Origin: an uncultured Acidobacteriota bacterium
GTDB taxonomy: Bacteria > Acidobacteriota > Thermoanaerobaculia > Multivoradales > JAHEKO01
NCBI GenBank assembly: GCA_963713825.1
Contig: CAVQNG010000006.1
Span: 1 to 22,696, forward strand
DNA: 22,696 bases
Direction of reading: 5' to 3'
A program made the position numbers and the translations under genes. Under the pieces are notes generated by a model. It saw only the letters and a list, made by a program, of their open reading frames with translations, did not search any database and was not told the DNA's origin. Positions 1-9,583 of the stretch are shown here, in pieces (the first letter of the stretch is position 1; each line of letters starts with the position of its first letter).

Positions 1-1100
1 TACCCCGGCCGAATCTCCAGTGTCGGCTGGATATCGATATTGCGTCGGGTGATCTCAGCGGTGACACGGCCGATCTCTTGGCCGAGGGCCGCGGCGGCGA
101 TCTGGGTGGCGGAGGGGGCGCGGCCGTCGAAGGATTCTTGAGGTTGAGAGAGCTGGACACCGGCGGTGATGGCGGAGAGGAGGAGTGCGCTGCCGAAGGT
201 GCGGACGAAGTGGTTGTTCACTTTGTCGCGGACTCCCGCCATGGCGGCGAGATCGGTGCCTGGCATGGTGCCGAGATCGAGGCTCCGACCGTCGGGAAAG
301 ATCAAGCGATTCCAGGCTAGCAGTACCCGTTTCTGACCCCAGGCGATGCGACTGTCGTACTCACCGATCAGGCGCGAGCCCTGAGGAATCAGGAGATGCC
401 GCCCGGTGATCGTGTCGTAGACATTCTGGCGAACGAGAGCTTGGGTCTGGCCGGGCAGATCCGAGTTGATGCCGGTCATCAGGATAGCCGGGATCAGGGA
501 GCCCTGCTTGATCTCGAAGGGTGATTCAGGTGCCACGATCGCAGACGGAGACCGGTAACCTGCATTGTTTCTGTGTGGTGCCTCGGGCGAAGACACTGGC
601 TTGTCGGGCTGTTCCTCCGAGCGAATCCGCCGGAGCGCGGCAGTTGAGGCCTGGACTGCACGAGCCCTGGAAGCGGCGCCGAAGCGCTCGAAAGCCGGCA
701 CAAGGACCTCCGCCTTGTAGGCCCGTTCGAGGCGAGCGTCACCTGCGGGGACAGCGCGACGTGGAACACGGCGAGAAGGCTCGACGCGGGGTGGAGGTGT
801 TGGCGGCACCAACTTCCTCGGGGGCATCGGGAGAGTCTCGACTGAGTCTCGATTGGCGAGCGCACTTTCCCGAAGGCGATCAATGACTAGGCCCCTTTGC
901 TGGAGCGGTGAGGGCTTGGTCTCGTGCTCAGGTCCGCCGAGACGAGGCCGGCTGCTCAAGACGAAGTAAGCAGCCCACAGGACGAGGATGGCCACAATGG
1001 CAACCAGCAGCACGGCCAGGCGATTCAGCCGCTTGACCTTGAGTCGCGGTCGGAGGTCGAGGTCTTGATCTGGGGGTGTGTACGGCGCTTCCGGTTCCAT
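1..1100 (-). CDS. trbI: Conjugal transfer protein TrbI/VirB10 (3' end runs off the window)
   Basis: Manual translation from ATG 1100 (GGAGG RBS upstream) is open to the window edge: N-terminal TM helix, Pro-rich linker, then SPFEIKQGSLIPAILMTGINSDLPG...NVYDTITGRHLLIPQGSRLIGEYDS...WNRLIFPDG. It is absent from the ORF track because it has no stop in the window. Confidence 0.93.
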   Translation of the reverse strand, partial: MEPEAPYTPPDQDLDLRPRLKVKRLNRLAVLLVAIVAILVLWAAYFVLSSRPRLGGPEHETKPSPLQQRGLVIDRLRESALANRDSVETLPMPPRKLVPPTPPPRVEPSRRVPRRAVPAGDARLERAYKAEVLVPAFERFGAASRARAVQASTAALRRIRSEEQPDKPVSSPEAPHRNNAGYRSPSAIVAPESPFEIKQGSLIPAILMTGINSDLPGQTQALVRQNVYDTITGRHLLIPQGSRLIGEYDSRIAWGQKRVLLAWNRLIFPDGRSLDLGTMPGTDLAAMAGVRDKVNNHFVRTFGSALLLSAITAGVQLSQPQESFDGRAPSATQIAAAALGQEIGRVTAEITRRNIDIQPTLEIRPG

Positions 1101-1103
1101 GGT

Positions 1104-2085
1104 TCAAGATCCTCCAGTCGGCAAGCCCTCGGTTGAGAATCTCGACCTTCTTGCGCTTGCGGCCGACACCGACCACCAGCTCAGCTCGTGGGAAGAGACC
1201 GTCCACGATGTACCAGGAGCCCCGAACCCGGTAGTTGCTGATTCCCATGCCACCGCCTTCGACCTCGACTAAAAGAGCGGGGAGATCGGACGAGCTCGCG
1301 GCGGAGGGTAGTTGGATGTACACATGTTCGCCGTCGTCGAAGACGGTCTGAGGCAACCAAGGGATCTTTCGATCCCCTTTGATCGTGTACTTGAAATTGA
1401 GCCGGTCGACGGAGACAGCGGAGACCTGAGCCAGCGTAGTGGTCTGGGAGTCTTTCTCGAGCCTTTCGCGCTGCTGATCGGCATTGGCCCACAGCTCGAC
1501 GACTTCCTGGGGGTAGTAGAAGCCGACGTGACGGAGGTAGGCCGTCTCCGCCTTCTCGATCTCTGTTTTCGAAGGACTGATGAGGGAAAGGTGGTAAGTC
1601 CTTCGATCGGTGGCGATGACCAGGTTCGTGGCGAGGTCGTAGCCTTGAGGTTTGACGATCACATGAGGTGTCGGCCGACTGAGATCACCGGAGGCCAGAG
1701 GGCTGGTCACCCAGCGTTCCGTGTCTCCCAAGGCCACGCCCATCACGATCTCGCCAGCCTGAAGCTCGATGTCGCAAGCGCGCAAGGGTGTGCATTTGAC
1801 CTCGGGTTGGCTCTTGCCAAACGGGAAGACGACAGTCGCGCTTTGGGTCAGAACCGCGGCCTCACCGGTGGTGCGGAAGCGCTCAATGGCCTTGCCCACC
1901 TCTTGGTCCGGGACCCGGGACGTCGCCGGCGCTGGTGAGTCCAGTGGAGGCGCTGATCGATCAGACTCTGGCGAGGAGCTGAGTTCCTTGCTGGGGCCAG
2001 GCGGAGGTTCCTGGGCCAGCGCAGCTCCTGAACATCCTATTACCGTAAGAGTTGTAAGCGTGAGAAGAGTCTTCTTGAAGAGCAT
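1104..2085 (-). CDS. trbG: Conjugal transfer protein TrbG/VirB9
   Basis: Signal peptide, then CTPLRACDIELQAGE, LGDTERW, TNLVIATDRRTYHLSL, VFDDGEHVYI. The ORF track runs on to 928 over trbI; the true stop is probably TGA 1104-1106 after a 1-nt indel near 1125. Confidence 0.9.
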
Positions 2086-2098
2086 TCGGGATACCTCC

Positions 2099-2774
2099 CT
2101 AGAGCGTCGGAGTCCAGTGGATCTCGGTGATGTAGAGACCGAGGGGATTGGTGAGGATGGCTTCGGTGGTCTCCGGTGGGTCCACGTCCACGGAGAGGAC
2201 GGCCTGCCAGGCTCGACTCTCGTCGGCTCGTCCTTCGAGAGACCGTGCAGTCTCGAGCCACTGAATCTGCCAGGTGTTCTCTGAGAGTTGCAGGATGCTG
2301 CGGACCTCGACGTCGACCCTCCGGCGATTGGCCGTCTCGAAGGGGTTGAAGCGCGTGAAGTGATCGTTGAGGAAAGCCACCGCGGATCCTCGGGTGTGAG
2401 CGTACGCCCGAGTCAGGAGCTCATTCTGGGCCACCGCATCCAACGAGCACCGTGCGAATGTCGCGGACATACATCCCGAGCTCGTATCGCAGCATCCGCT
2501 CGTCGCTCTTGCGGAGCTTCTCAGCGGGGCCGAAGGCGACAGCCTGACCGGATCGATCCACTTCGACGACAAAGGGTGTTACGCGGCTTTGGGTCGAGAG
2601 CCACGTCAGCGCCACGGCCAGGACCAGGTTGGCAAGCAGCAGTGCTCCCGCCACGATCTGCCAATTGCGCTTGCCACGAGCCAAGCCATAGAAGCGATCG
2701 TTCCATTCGAGGCGAGCGCGAAGAAACGGCGAGTCGGCCTCGCTCACGCGTGGTTTGGCTCGGCTCATGCTCAT
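2099..2774 (-). CDS. trbF: Conjugal transfer protein TrbF/VirB8 (frameshift near 2445)
   Basis: N-half in ORF 2421-2774 (SPFLRARLEWNDR...NWQ, TM, TPFVVEVDRSG) and C-half in ORF 2099-2572 (TWQIQWLE, NPLGLYITEIHW). Confidence 0.9.
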
Positions 2775-3580
2775 TCTGACCCGTAGATGCGGTCAAGGTT
2801 GCCGGCCCGATGGCTGATCATGGCGGCGGCGAAGTCGGGGATCTTCCACACGAGTGAGGCGAAGATGAAGCTCGACCCCATGATCTCGAAAAGCGGAACC
2901 GGGTTGAGCAACAGAAAGTCATCCTGAACCATGTCGTACCAGCCATTGGTCATCGTCGTGAAGAGTCCCACCAGCAGATAGATCACAAAGAGCTTGACGC
3001 CGACCCGTAGGGCGTGAAGTAGATAGCCTTCCGAAAGGCCCACAGTCCAGCGCGAGCCACCGAACCCGAGGAGCAAGACGCCACCGCCGAGCACGATGTA
3101 GCTTTCGACCAGGGTCATGAGCATCTTGGTGGTGATGACCAGAAATGAGAAGAAGACCAAGAGGGGTGGCAGCAGCAGGAAGCCTGGAATCAGATTGGCC
3201 AGAAAGAACTTCGCCGTGGTCTTGAGCATCAACCAGGAGATCTGGACGCCTTGAGAGAAGACCGTGCCGGGATCGAGCGTGCCGATCCCTGATGCGAGCC
3301 CACCGGCCTGGGTGAAGCTGCCGATGAGCATCGGCATCCAGGTCGGTGCCAGCAGAAGAACGGTGTAGAAGAAGAACAAAGTTACGACCTTGCGCAGCAG
3401 ACTCACCATCACGATCTCGTCGGCGCGTGAGGCCAGGGCCCACCAGATCCCGGACCAGGTGAGCTCGATCGTGGCTAAGAGAATAAACAGCCGTTGCGCG
3501 ATCGGGATGAGGGTGTCGAGCCACTGAAGCGTGGCGGTCTGAAAAGCGAGATCGATGTTGTTGATGAGAGTGCTGGGCAT
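2771..3580 (-). CDS. trbL: Conjugal transfer protein TrbL/VirB6 (short form)
   Basis: Multi-TM protein with LVESYIVLGGGVLLLGFGGSRWT and GVKLFVIYLLVG; sits between trbJ/K and trbF. Confidence 0.9.
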   Translation of the reverse strand: MPSTLINNIDLAFQTATLQWLDTLIPIAQRLFILLATIELTWSGIWWALASRADEIVMVSLLRKVVTLFFFYTVLLLAPTWMPMLIGSFTQAGGLASGIGTLDPGTVFSQGVQISWLMLKTTAKFFLANLIPGFLLLPPLLVFFSFLVITTKMLMTLVESYIVLGGGVLLLGFGGSRWTVGLSEGYLLHALRVGVKLFVIYLLVGLFTTMTNGWYDMVQDDFLLLNPVPLFEIMGSSFIFASLVWKIPDFAAAMISHRAGNLDRIYGSE

Positions 3581-3582
3581 CT

Positions 3583-3981
3583 CTAGCCGTCACCAGGCTT
3601 GTCTGAAGACCTGTCCTCGGAATCAGATTCCGACTTTGGGGGATCTTGAAGGCCCTCGGGTACACCGGTCGAACCGGAGCCGACCCCGTATTCCGGAAAG
3701 GGCCTATCGGTCGCTTTCTCGAGGCCCTGAATGAAGGCGGTGCTGAGGACTACGGCGCAGTTCGGGTGTCCGCTGGTCAGCTTCCTTCGGCAGAGCTCGA
3801 CTGCGCGATGCCATGTCTTGCTGTCGACTGCAGCTTGATCGGCCCAGAAGGCTGCGTCGTAGTCTGAGGAAAGCGTTGGCTCCTTCAGGGATTCGATTGC
3901 GTCAGGGCTGCGGGTACCGCGGGAGCAAGCCACTGAGACCACGGCCAGTGCGAAAAGCACCAAGAGAGAACGGACTGTCAT
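3583..3981 (-). CDS. Lipoprotein in the TrbK/entry-exclusion position
   Basis: Lipobox (LAVVSVA-C) and two further Cys (ELC...PNC); lies between trbJ and trbL. Entry exclusion is inferred from synteny only. Confidence 0.6.
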   Translation of the reverse strand: MTVRSLLVLFALAVVSVACSRGTRSPDAIESLKEPTLSSDYDAAFWADQAAVDSKTWHRAVELCRRKLTSGHPNCAVVLSTAFIQGLEKATDRPFPEYGVGSGSTGVPEGLQDPPKSESDSEDRSSDKPGDG

Positions 3982-3997
3982 GGATCGCCTCACTTTC

Positions 3998-4765
3998 CTA
4001 GCCCCCACAGGAGAAGCAGGGATACGGCCACCCCGAGGGAATCCCGTTGGATCCTCCCTCTCCTAGATAGTCGGGAAAGGGCTGCTCTCCGTTGTCCAGG
4101 ACCCAGCGCTGGGTGGCTTCACGGTTGGCGTCGAGCGTGACTTGATAGCCCCAGTAGACGTTTTGCGCGTTGATGCTGGCCGCGAGAAGCTGATTCAGCT
4201 TGGCCAGCTCTTGGCCGCTGTGGGCGCCGATCATGTTGGCGACGTTCAAAGCCTCGAGGTTGCCCTCGGCGCTGTCGGCCAGCGCCTGGAGCTCGGCGAG
4301 CTGCTCTTGGGTGGAGAAGTAGTCGCGAGCCTGGGCGCTCACGGCATCCAGCGTGGCGGCCAGGGTGTCCAGGGTCGTCGTGGTCCACTGCCCGAAGGCC
4401 TCGTTGTAGTTCGGTTCCTCCGTGGGCACGGCCCCGGCGAAGAGATCGCGGTACGCCTCGTAGAGACCCTCGAGCGAGTAGGAGAGGGCTTCCCCCTGCT
4501 GGGAGAGCTCATTGAGATAAACCAGCCACCCTCGTAGATCACGCCAGCTGGGGTCGCCGATCCGCTCGAGATTTCGATACATGGTTTCGATCTGGTCGAT
4601 CTGGTTCTCGATTTGCTCGAGCGCCCTCACCGCCTGGAGGATGTTCTCGGCCAGGTTTGCGGGGTCGATCACGGCCATCTGACCGATGGTCTTGGGTGCA
4701 GCTGCCAGGGACAACAACAAGCAGACGGCGGTGACGCGAGCCCGAAGAGCCACAGAATGAGTCAT
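3998..4765 (-). CDS. trbJ: Conjugal transfer protein TrbJ/VirB5
   Basis: Signal peptide, VIDPANLAENILQAVRALEQIENQIDQ, SAEGNLEALN; ATGA overlap with the trbE stop. Confidence 0.88.
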   Translation of the reverse strand: MTHSVALRARVTAVCLLLSLAAAPKTIGQMAVIDPANLAENILQAVRALEQIENQIDQIETMYRNLERIGDPSWRDLRGWLVYLNELSQQGEALSYSLEGLYEAYRDLFAGAVPTEEPNYNEAFGQWTTTTLDTLAATLDAVSAQARDYFSTQEQLAELQALADSAEGNLEALNVANMIGAHSGQELAKLNQLLAASINAQNVYWGYQVTLDANREATQRWVLDNGEQPFPDYLGEGGSNGIPSGWPYPCFSCGG

Positions 4766-7199
4766 GCGATGTTCTCCTTTGGGATGCCGCTGAGCTGATC
4801 CGCCCAATCGCCTAGACCACGTTCGCAGAGCCACCGGCTGGACCAGCCCTGCCCGTGCTCGGCTTCCAGCTCCCCAATCCTTCGCAGGCTCTCCTTGTCA
4901 CTCGAGCCCACAAAGGAGAGCGCCACAGGTCCGAGATTCAAGTCGATCAAGCGCCGGCCTAAGGCTGAGGTGTAGTAGTAATCCCGCTTCGGCACAGCGG
5001 CGGCCACAGTCTCCGTCTCGCGATCGCTCAGGCCGATCTCGCGATAGAGGGCCGCGCCATGCTCGGTGGCGGCTTCAGGATTGGGCAGGAAGAGCTTCGT
5101 CGGACAGGACTCATAGAGCACATAGCGTTCCTCCGAGCGATGAATGTCGGCCAAGCTCTGGGTAGCAAAGATGACTGCCGCATTCTTCTTGCGCAGTTCT
5201 TTAAGCCAGGTCTGGATTTGCTCGCCGAATAGGCCATGCATGAGAAAGGTCCAGGCCTCATCGATGACGATGAGCGTTGGCTCCCCGTTGAGGCGTTGCT
5301 CGATGCGGTGGAAGAGGTACAGAAGTACAGGCACGACCACCTTCTCGCGCAGCTCCATCAAGTGACCCATTTCAAAGACCTGGAACCGCCCGTCCACCAG
5401 ACCGTCTTTCCGCGCGTCGAGCAGCGTGCCGAGATTGCCGTTCAAGGTGTAGGGCCGAAGAGCTTCGCGGAGCGCACTGTCCTGGAGCCGGATCTCGAGA
5501 TCCGTCAAAGTGGGCTCGGGTGAGGCGGCCAGGAGCTCGAGGGCGATGTAGATCGCGGTTCTCTGTCGAGGCGTAACGTTAAGTCCTTGGAGGTCGAGCA
5601 GGACCTCGAGCCACTCGGCGGTCCAGACACGCTCAGAGCGATCACGGATTCCGGCCAGCGGACTGAAGCTCAGGCTGTCGACGCTCTGGCCGGCGATGGC
5701 GTAGTGGTGTCCTCCGGCAGCTTGGACCAGGGGCTTCGCAGAGTAGCCCTTGTCGAAGACGAAGACTTGGGACTCGGGGTATCGGAACCACTGAGCCTGC
5801 ATGAGCCCCAGCAGCGTCGACTTGCCGGACCCCGTGGGCCCAACCACCAAAGTGTGCCCAACGTCGCTGACATGGAGATTGAGCCGAAAAGGGGTCGAGC
5901 CGCTCGTAGCGGCCCAGAGCAGGGCCGGGCTCCCCGTGCGGAACATGGGGGAGGGGTTCGCGGGGAGCCCAGCCCAAACACTGGTCAATGGCAAAAGATC
6001 GGCAAGATTCCGCGTGCTGATCAGCGGCCGTCGCACGTTGGGGTGGCCGTGGCCGGGAAGGCTCGCGAGAAAGGCCTCGATGGCATTGACCTCCTCGAGC
6101 CGGGCGCCGAAGCCGTGGTTTCGGAGCTCTTTCAAGACCAGCCGTATGGTCTCCTTGAGCTCCGAGCCCTCCTCGTTCATGAGGATCAGGGCTGGGGTGT
6201 AGTAGCCATACCGGACTGCGTGGGAGGCGGCGTCGGCCATTGCTTCATCGGCGTCCCGTGCCATCCGCAAAGCGTCTTTGTTGGGGAAGACGTGGCGCCG
6301 TTTCCCCGCTGGACTGACGATCTCGGCCAGTAACCCGGTCAGCCCGCGGCGCTTCTGCCACCATTTCATGCGGTACCGGCGGATGTGACGAGAGGCGGTC
6401 TCAGGATCTAACGGTATCCAGCGAGTCGAGTAGCGGTAGGAGACCGGGAGTCGGTCGAGAAAGGAAAGGACTCCGGGGGTGGTCTGACCCGGGAAGCTGG
6501 TGAGGCCGATCGGCGCGATCCACTCACGACCGATCCGTGGCGCAAAACCACCGGAGAAGTCCTGGTCGGCCAGCACGGCGTCTAGGTAGCAGGGTGGATC
6601 GGGCACAGCGACCGGGTGATCCAGACCCGTCAGGCAGCGATGGAGATGCGCAAGAACATCCGAGGAGTCGAGCCGGCAAATCGAGAGAAGGCTCGAGAGA
6701 CGATCTTCGACGTCGCTGAGCTGCTTTTCGAAGAGCTCGAGCTGCTCGTCCCAGTCGATGCCGCGATCCTCGCTACCCTCGATGAACCACTTGACGGCCC
6801 GCGAGGAGGCTTCCTGGGGCGGCATGTGCGTGACAAGGAGGGTGTAGCTGGTCTCATGGTTCTTCCGGCGCCTGTGTAGTGGCGACGGCGCTCCTCGTCG
6901 ATGAGCTCGGTGATGGGATCGGGGAAAGCTCCAGCGGTTGGATATTCGGCGGAGGGGCTGCGAACCGCATCGACCTGAAGCATCCAGTTGTGGCCAAGCG
7001 GCAGCAGGGCGGCGTTGACCTGGCGCGCGAGAATCGCCAGCTCTTCGGGCGAGGCGGAGTCCATGTCTGGCCCGCGATAGGTCCAACCAGCGAGAAAGCT
7101 TCCGTCTTTGTTGACGATCACACCAGGTGCGACTAGGGCTCCCCAGGTCAGGAGATCAGCGAGTCCCTTGGGCTTGCGCCGGTGTTCGCGGAGCAACAT
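4762..7199 (-). CDS. trbE: Conjugal transfer ATPase TrbE/VirB4 (frameshift near 6860)
   Basis: N-terminus LADLLTWGALVAPGVIVNKDGSF...YRGPD (in ORF 6630-7667); Walker A GPTGSGKS, FDKGYS, Walker B IVIDEAW and FATQS (in ORF 4762-7086). Confidence 0.95.
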
Positions 7200-7201
7200 G
7201 G

Positions 7202-7528
7202 CTAGCGCGGTTGCTTGTGGAACGGATGGATCGGTGCGAGCGGAGCCTCGAAGCTCGCGAGCGCGGGGTAGAAGGGCTGATAGAGCAGATGGCGGGCATA
7301 AACCCTCCACATCTGTGGGTCGAATCGCGCAGCAATCACCAGCAGAGAGTGGCCTGCCGAACCGAGAAGAGCAGCCAGCAGAAACGTGATTGGATGCGGC
7401 CCAACGCCGAGCAGGAGTACGACGATGGCCAGGAGATTGATCAACACCAGCTCCCGCTCGGCTCCGCCCAGGAGGATAGGTCGAACCAACGAGGCGTGAA
7501 TCGGGGCCTCCAGGGAGTTGCGGCTCAA
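7202..7528 (-). CDS. trbD: Conjugal transfer protein TrbD/VirB3
   Basis: PIHASLVRPILLGGAERE, two TM segments, ARFDPQ; TTG start overlaps the trbC stop. Confidence 0.88.
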   Translation of the reverse strand: MSRNSLEAPIHASLVRPILLGGAERELVLINLLAIVVLLLGVGPHPITFLLAALLGSAGHSLLVIAARFDPQMWRVYARHLLYQPFYPALASFEAPLAPIHPFHKQPR

Positions 7529-7845
7529 AAGACCGCTCCTGTGAATCCGAGGGCGGCCAGGAACGTGACTGCAGCCAGAGCGATCGCGCCACCGAAGACG
7601 ATCTGAGAGACCTTTCGGCCGCCGGTGCCATGCTCGGTGAAGGACCAGGCGAGGCCGGCCACGACAATCGCGGCGATCACCAGCAGGCGCGCAACCGTGC
7701 CGGTCAAGTTGTCGATCAGGGCCTGGAGGCCCGTGTCCCACGGCATGGCGGGGCCGCTGATGCTTGCCCCGGCCACGGCAGGGAAGAGGGTTGCCAGCAC
7801 GAGTGCCCAGGCGGCAAGACGGAGGCTAGGAGGATGTGAGTTCAC
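7525..7845 (-). CDS. trbC: Pilin TrbC/VirB2
   Basis: AAGGAG RBS and GTG at 7845; signal peptide, MPWDTGLQALIDNLTGTVAR, two hydrophobic helices. Confidence 0.88.
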   Translation of the reverse strand: MNSHPPSLRLAAWALVLATLFPAVAGASISGPAMPWDTGLQALIDNLTGTVARLLVIAAIVVAGLAWSFTEHGTGGRKVSQIVFGGAIALAAVTFLAALGFTGAVF

Positions 7846-8835
7846 TCGGGATTCTCCTTCTTCAGCAGGTGGATCGGCGATCGGCTCGACATGGAATTCC
7901 CCGTCCGGGCCGAGTCCCTGAACGGAAACGAGTTGCCGGACCCGGCGACTGCTGCCCTGGCGTTCCATGTGGACCACGAGGTGAACCGTGGAGGCAATCA
8001 GGCGTGTCTGGGAGGGGACGCCGGCTTCCTGTGCTAGCTGGTCGAGGCGAGTCAATGCCTCAGCCGGCGCTATTGGCATGCACCGTGGCGCAGCCGCCGG
8101 GGTTTCCGGTATTCCAGGCTTTGAGAAGGTCCAGGGCTTCCGCACCACGGACCTCACCGATGATGATGCGATCGGGTCGCAGTCGGATCGCGGCCCGAAC
8201 CAGGTCTCGCAGGGAGACGTTCTCGGTCGTGTGGAGGGTGACGTGGTTGGGTGAGTTGCACTGGAGCTCGTAAGTGTCCTCGAGGAGCAGAAGGCGTTCC
8301 GCCCGCGGTGCCAGCCATTCCATCTCACGGATGATGGCGTTGGCCAGAGTCGTCTTACCGCTGCCCGGGCCTCCGGAGATGAGGATGTTCTTGCGGCCGA
8401 AGATGGCTCCCTGAAGAACATCAGCCTGCGCTAGGGTGAGGATGCCCTCTTCGACATACTGATCCAGCGTGTAGATCGAAGTGGCCCGCTTGCGGATCGC
8501 GAAGACGGGGGAGGGGACTACCGGAGGCAGTAGGCCCTCGATCCGGCTCCCATCCAGCGGCAGCTCCGCCTCGAGGATCGGATGCTGATCGTTGACGACT
8601 CGATTGAGTAGACCGGCGACCGTGGAGAGCAGGCTCTCAGCCTGTGGATCGTCCATCGTGGCATCCAGCCGAACCAGCCCCTTTCTCGCGAGTCGATCCA
8701 CAGCTCGCCATCGGCGTTTCGCATCACCTCCGTGATGTCGTCATCAGCCAGTGCTTTGGCGACAGAATCGCCGAGCTCGCGGAGGAGGGATTCGCGGTGG
8801 CGAGTCGTGGATTCGTGATGTGAAAGGATTTTCAC
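7842..8835 (-). CDS. trbB: Conjugal transfer ATPase TrbB/VirB11 (2-3 frameshifts)
   Basis: Pieces in three frames: ITEVMRNADGELWID; ELPLDGSRIEGLLPPVV, Walker A GGPGSGKTT, LEDTYEL, LRPDRIIIGEVRG, WNTG, TVHANS; EALTRLDQL. Confidence 0.92.
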
Positions 8836-8846
8836 TGGGCGCTAAC

Positions 8847-8883
8847 TCCTATTTCTGTAGTAGTTAATACTACAAAAATAGGA
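8847..8883. promoter_or_regulatory. AT-rich 37-bp inverted repeat over the likely trb promoter and RBS (putative operator)
   Basis: TCCTATTT-C-TGTAGTA-gttaa-TACTACA-A-AAATAGGA. On the minus strand TTGCAC-17 nt-TATTAA and AGGAG precede the trbB GTG. Confidence 0.65.
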
Positions 8884-8923
8884 TAGGTGCAAGAGGAGCA
8901 ATTATTTGAGGGGAGATGGGGGA

Positions 8924-8981
8924 CCCTAGGCGAGGCGATCAGCGACGCGAAACGTCGTCCGTCTGCATTGCCTTCCTAGCC
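8924..8981 (-). repeat. attC-like 58-bp hairpin with non-canonical core
   Basis: Minus strand GGCTAGG-AAGGC-AATGCAGA-...-GCTGATC-GCCTCG-CCTAGGG gives the 7/5/8...7/6/7 spacing of integron attC sites. Confidence 0.6.
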
Positions 8982-9583
8982 AGTTCCCGCTGTGTGTTCC
9001 CAGCCACTTCGACAGCGCGCCTCAACCCTGCGTGGGTAACCGAATTGCCGGACAGTTCTCGCAAGGACGGCAGCGTGATCGAGTGCTGGCTTCGTTCTCG
9101 ATTGTCGAGCAATATCGTTGGGATGACGAAGAACTCCCATTGAGAGACCTCAAGAGGATCGAGAGTCTCTTGGTCGGTATGCGCAAGCAGCGCGAAGACA
9201 TAGACCTCCGCTTGCCGTCGCGTGTGGTCGCTTTGCCGGCCAGTGTGCTTGTCCCATGCACGAGTTTTTGGGACCCGAAAGGTGATTTGTGAGAGTTTGT
9301 CCTGATGCCAGCTCTGTATGTAGGCTGCAGACTTGACTTCAACTTGTGTGCCATCGAGTGCCTTCAGATCGTAGGCAGCCCATTCCTCGCGGACACCTCC
9401 AGCAACTCCGAGCGCCTGAGCAACGAGGTACTCCGCGAGAACGCCCCGCGTCGCATTGCTGACGACATCCGACGCACTCCACTGCCAGAAGCTCAACAGG
9501 TCGAAACCCAGCGTTCGGCCAGAAGCGTGGAAAGACTCGTGTCCGTCTCGTCTCTTCACCTCAATCGGTCCGAGATTGCTCAT
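8939..9583 (-). CDS. PD-(D/E)XK restriction-endonuclease-like protein
   Basis: RGVLAEYLVA...WAAYDL...DGTQVEVKS catalytic pattern; the start overlaps the 3' end of the Shedu gene. Confidence 0.7.
   Translation of the reverse strand: MSNLGPIEVKRRDGHESFHASGRTLGFDLLSFWQWSASDVVSNATRGVLAEYLVAQALGVAGGVREEWAAYDLKALDGTQVEVKSAAYIQSWHQDKLSQITFRVPKTRAWDKHTGRQSDHTRRQAEVYVFALLAHTDQETLDPLEVSQWEFFVIPTILLDNRERSQHSITLPSLRELSGNSVTHAGLRRAVEVAGNTQRELARKAMQTDDVSRR

Noticed and set aside
7525-8421. Apparent TrbB-TrbC fusion ORF
   Set aside because: trbC has its own AAGGAG RBS and a GTG overlapping a TGA, so one indel restores two normal genes, and indels are common here.
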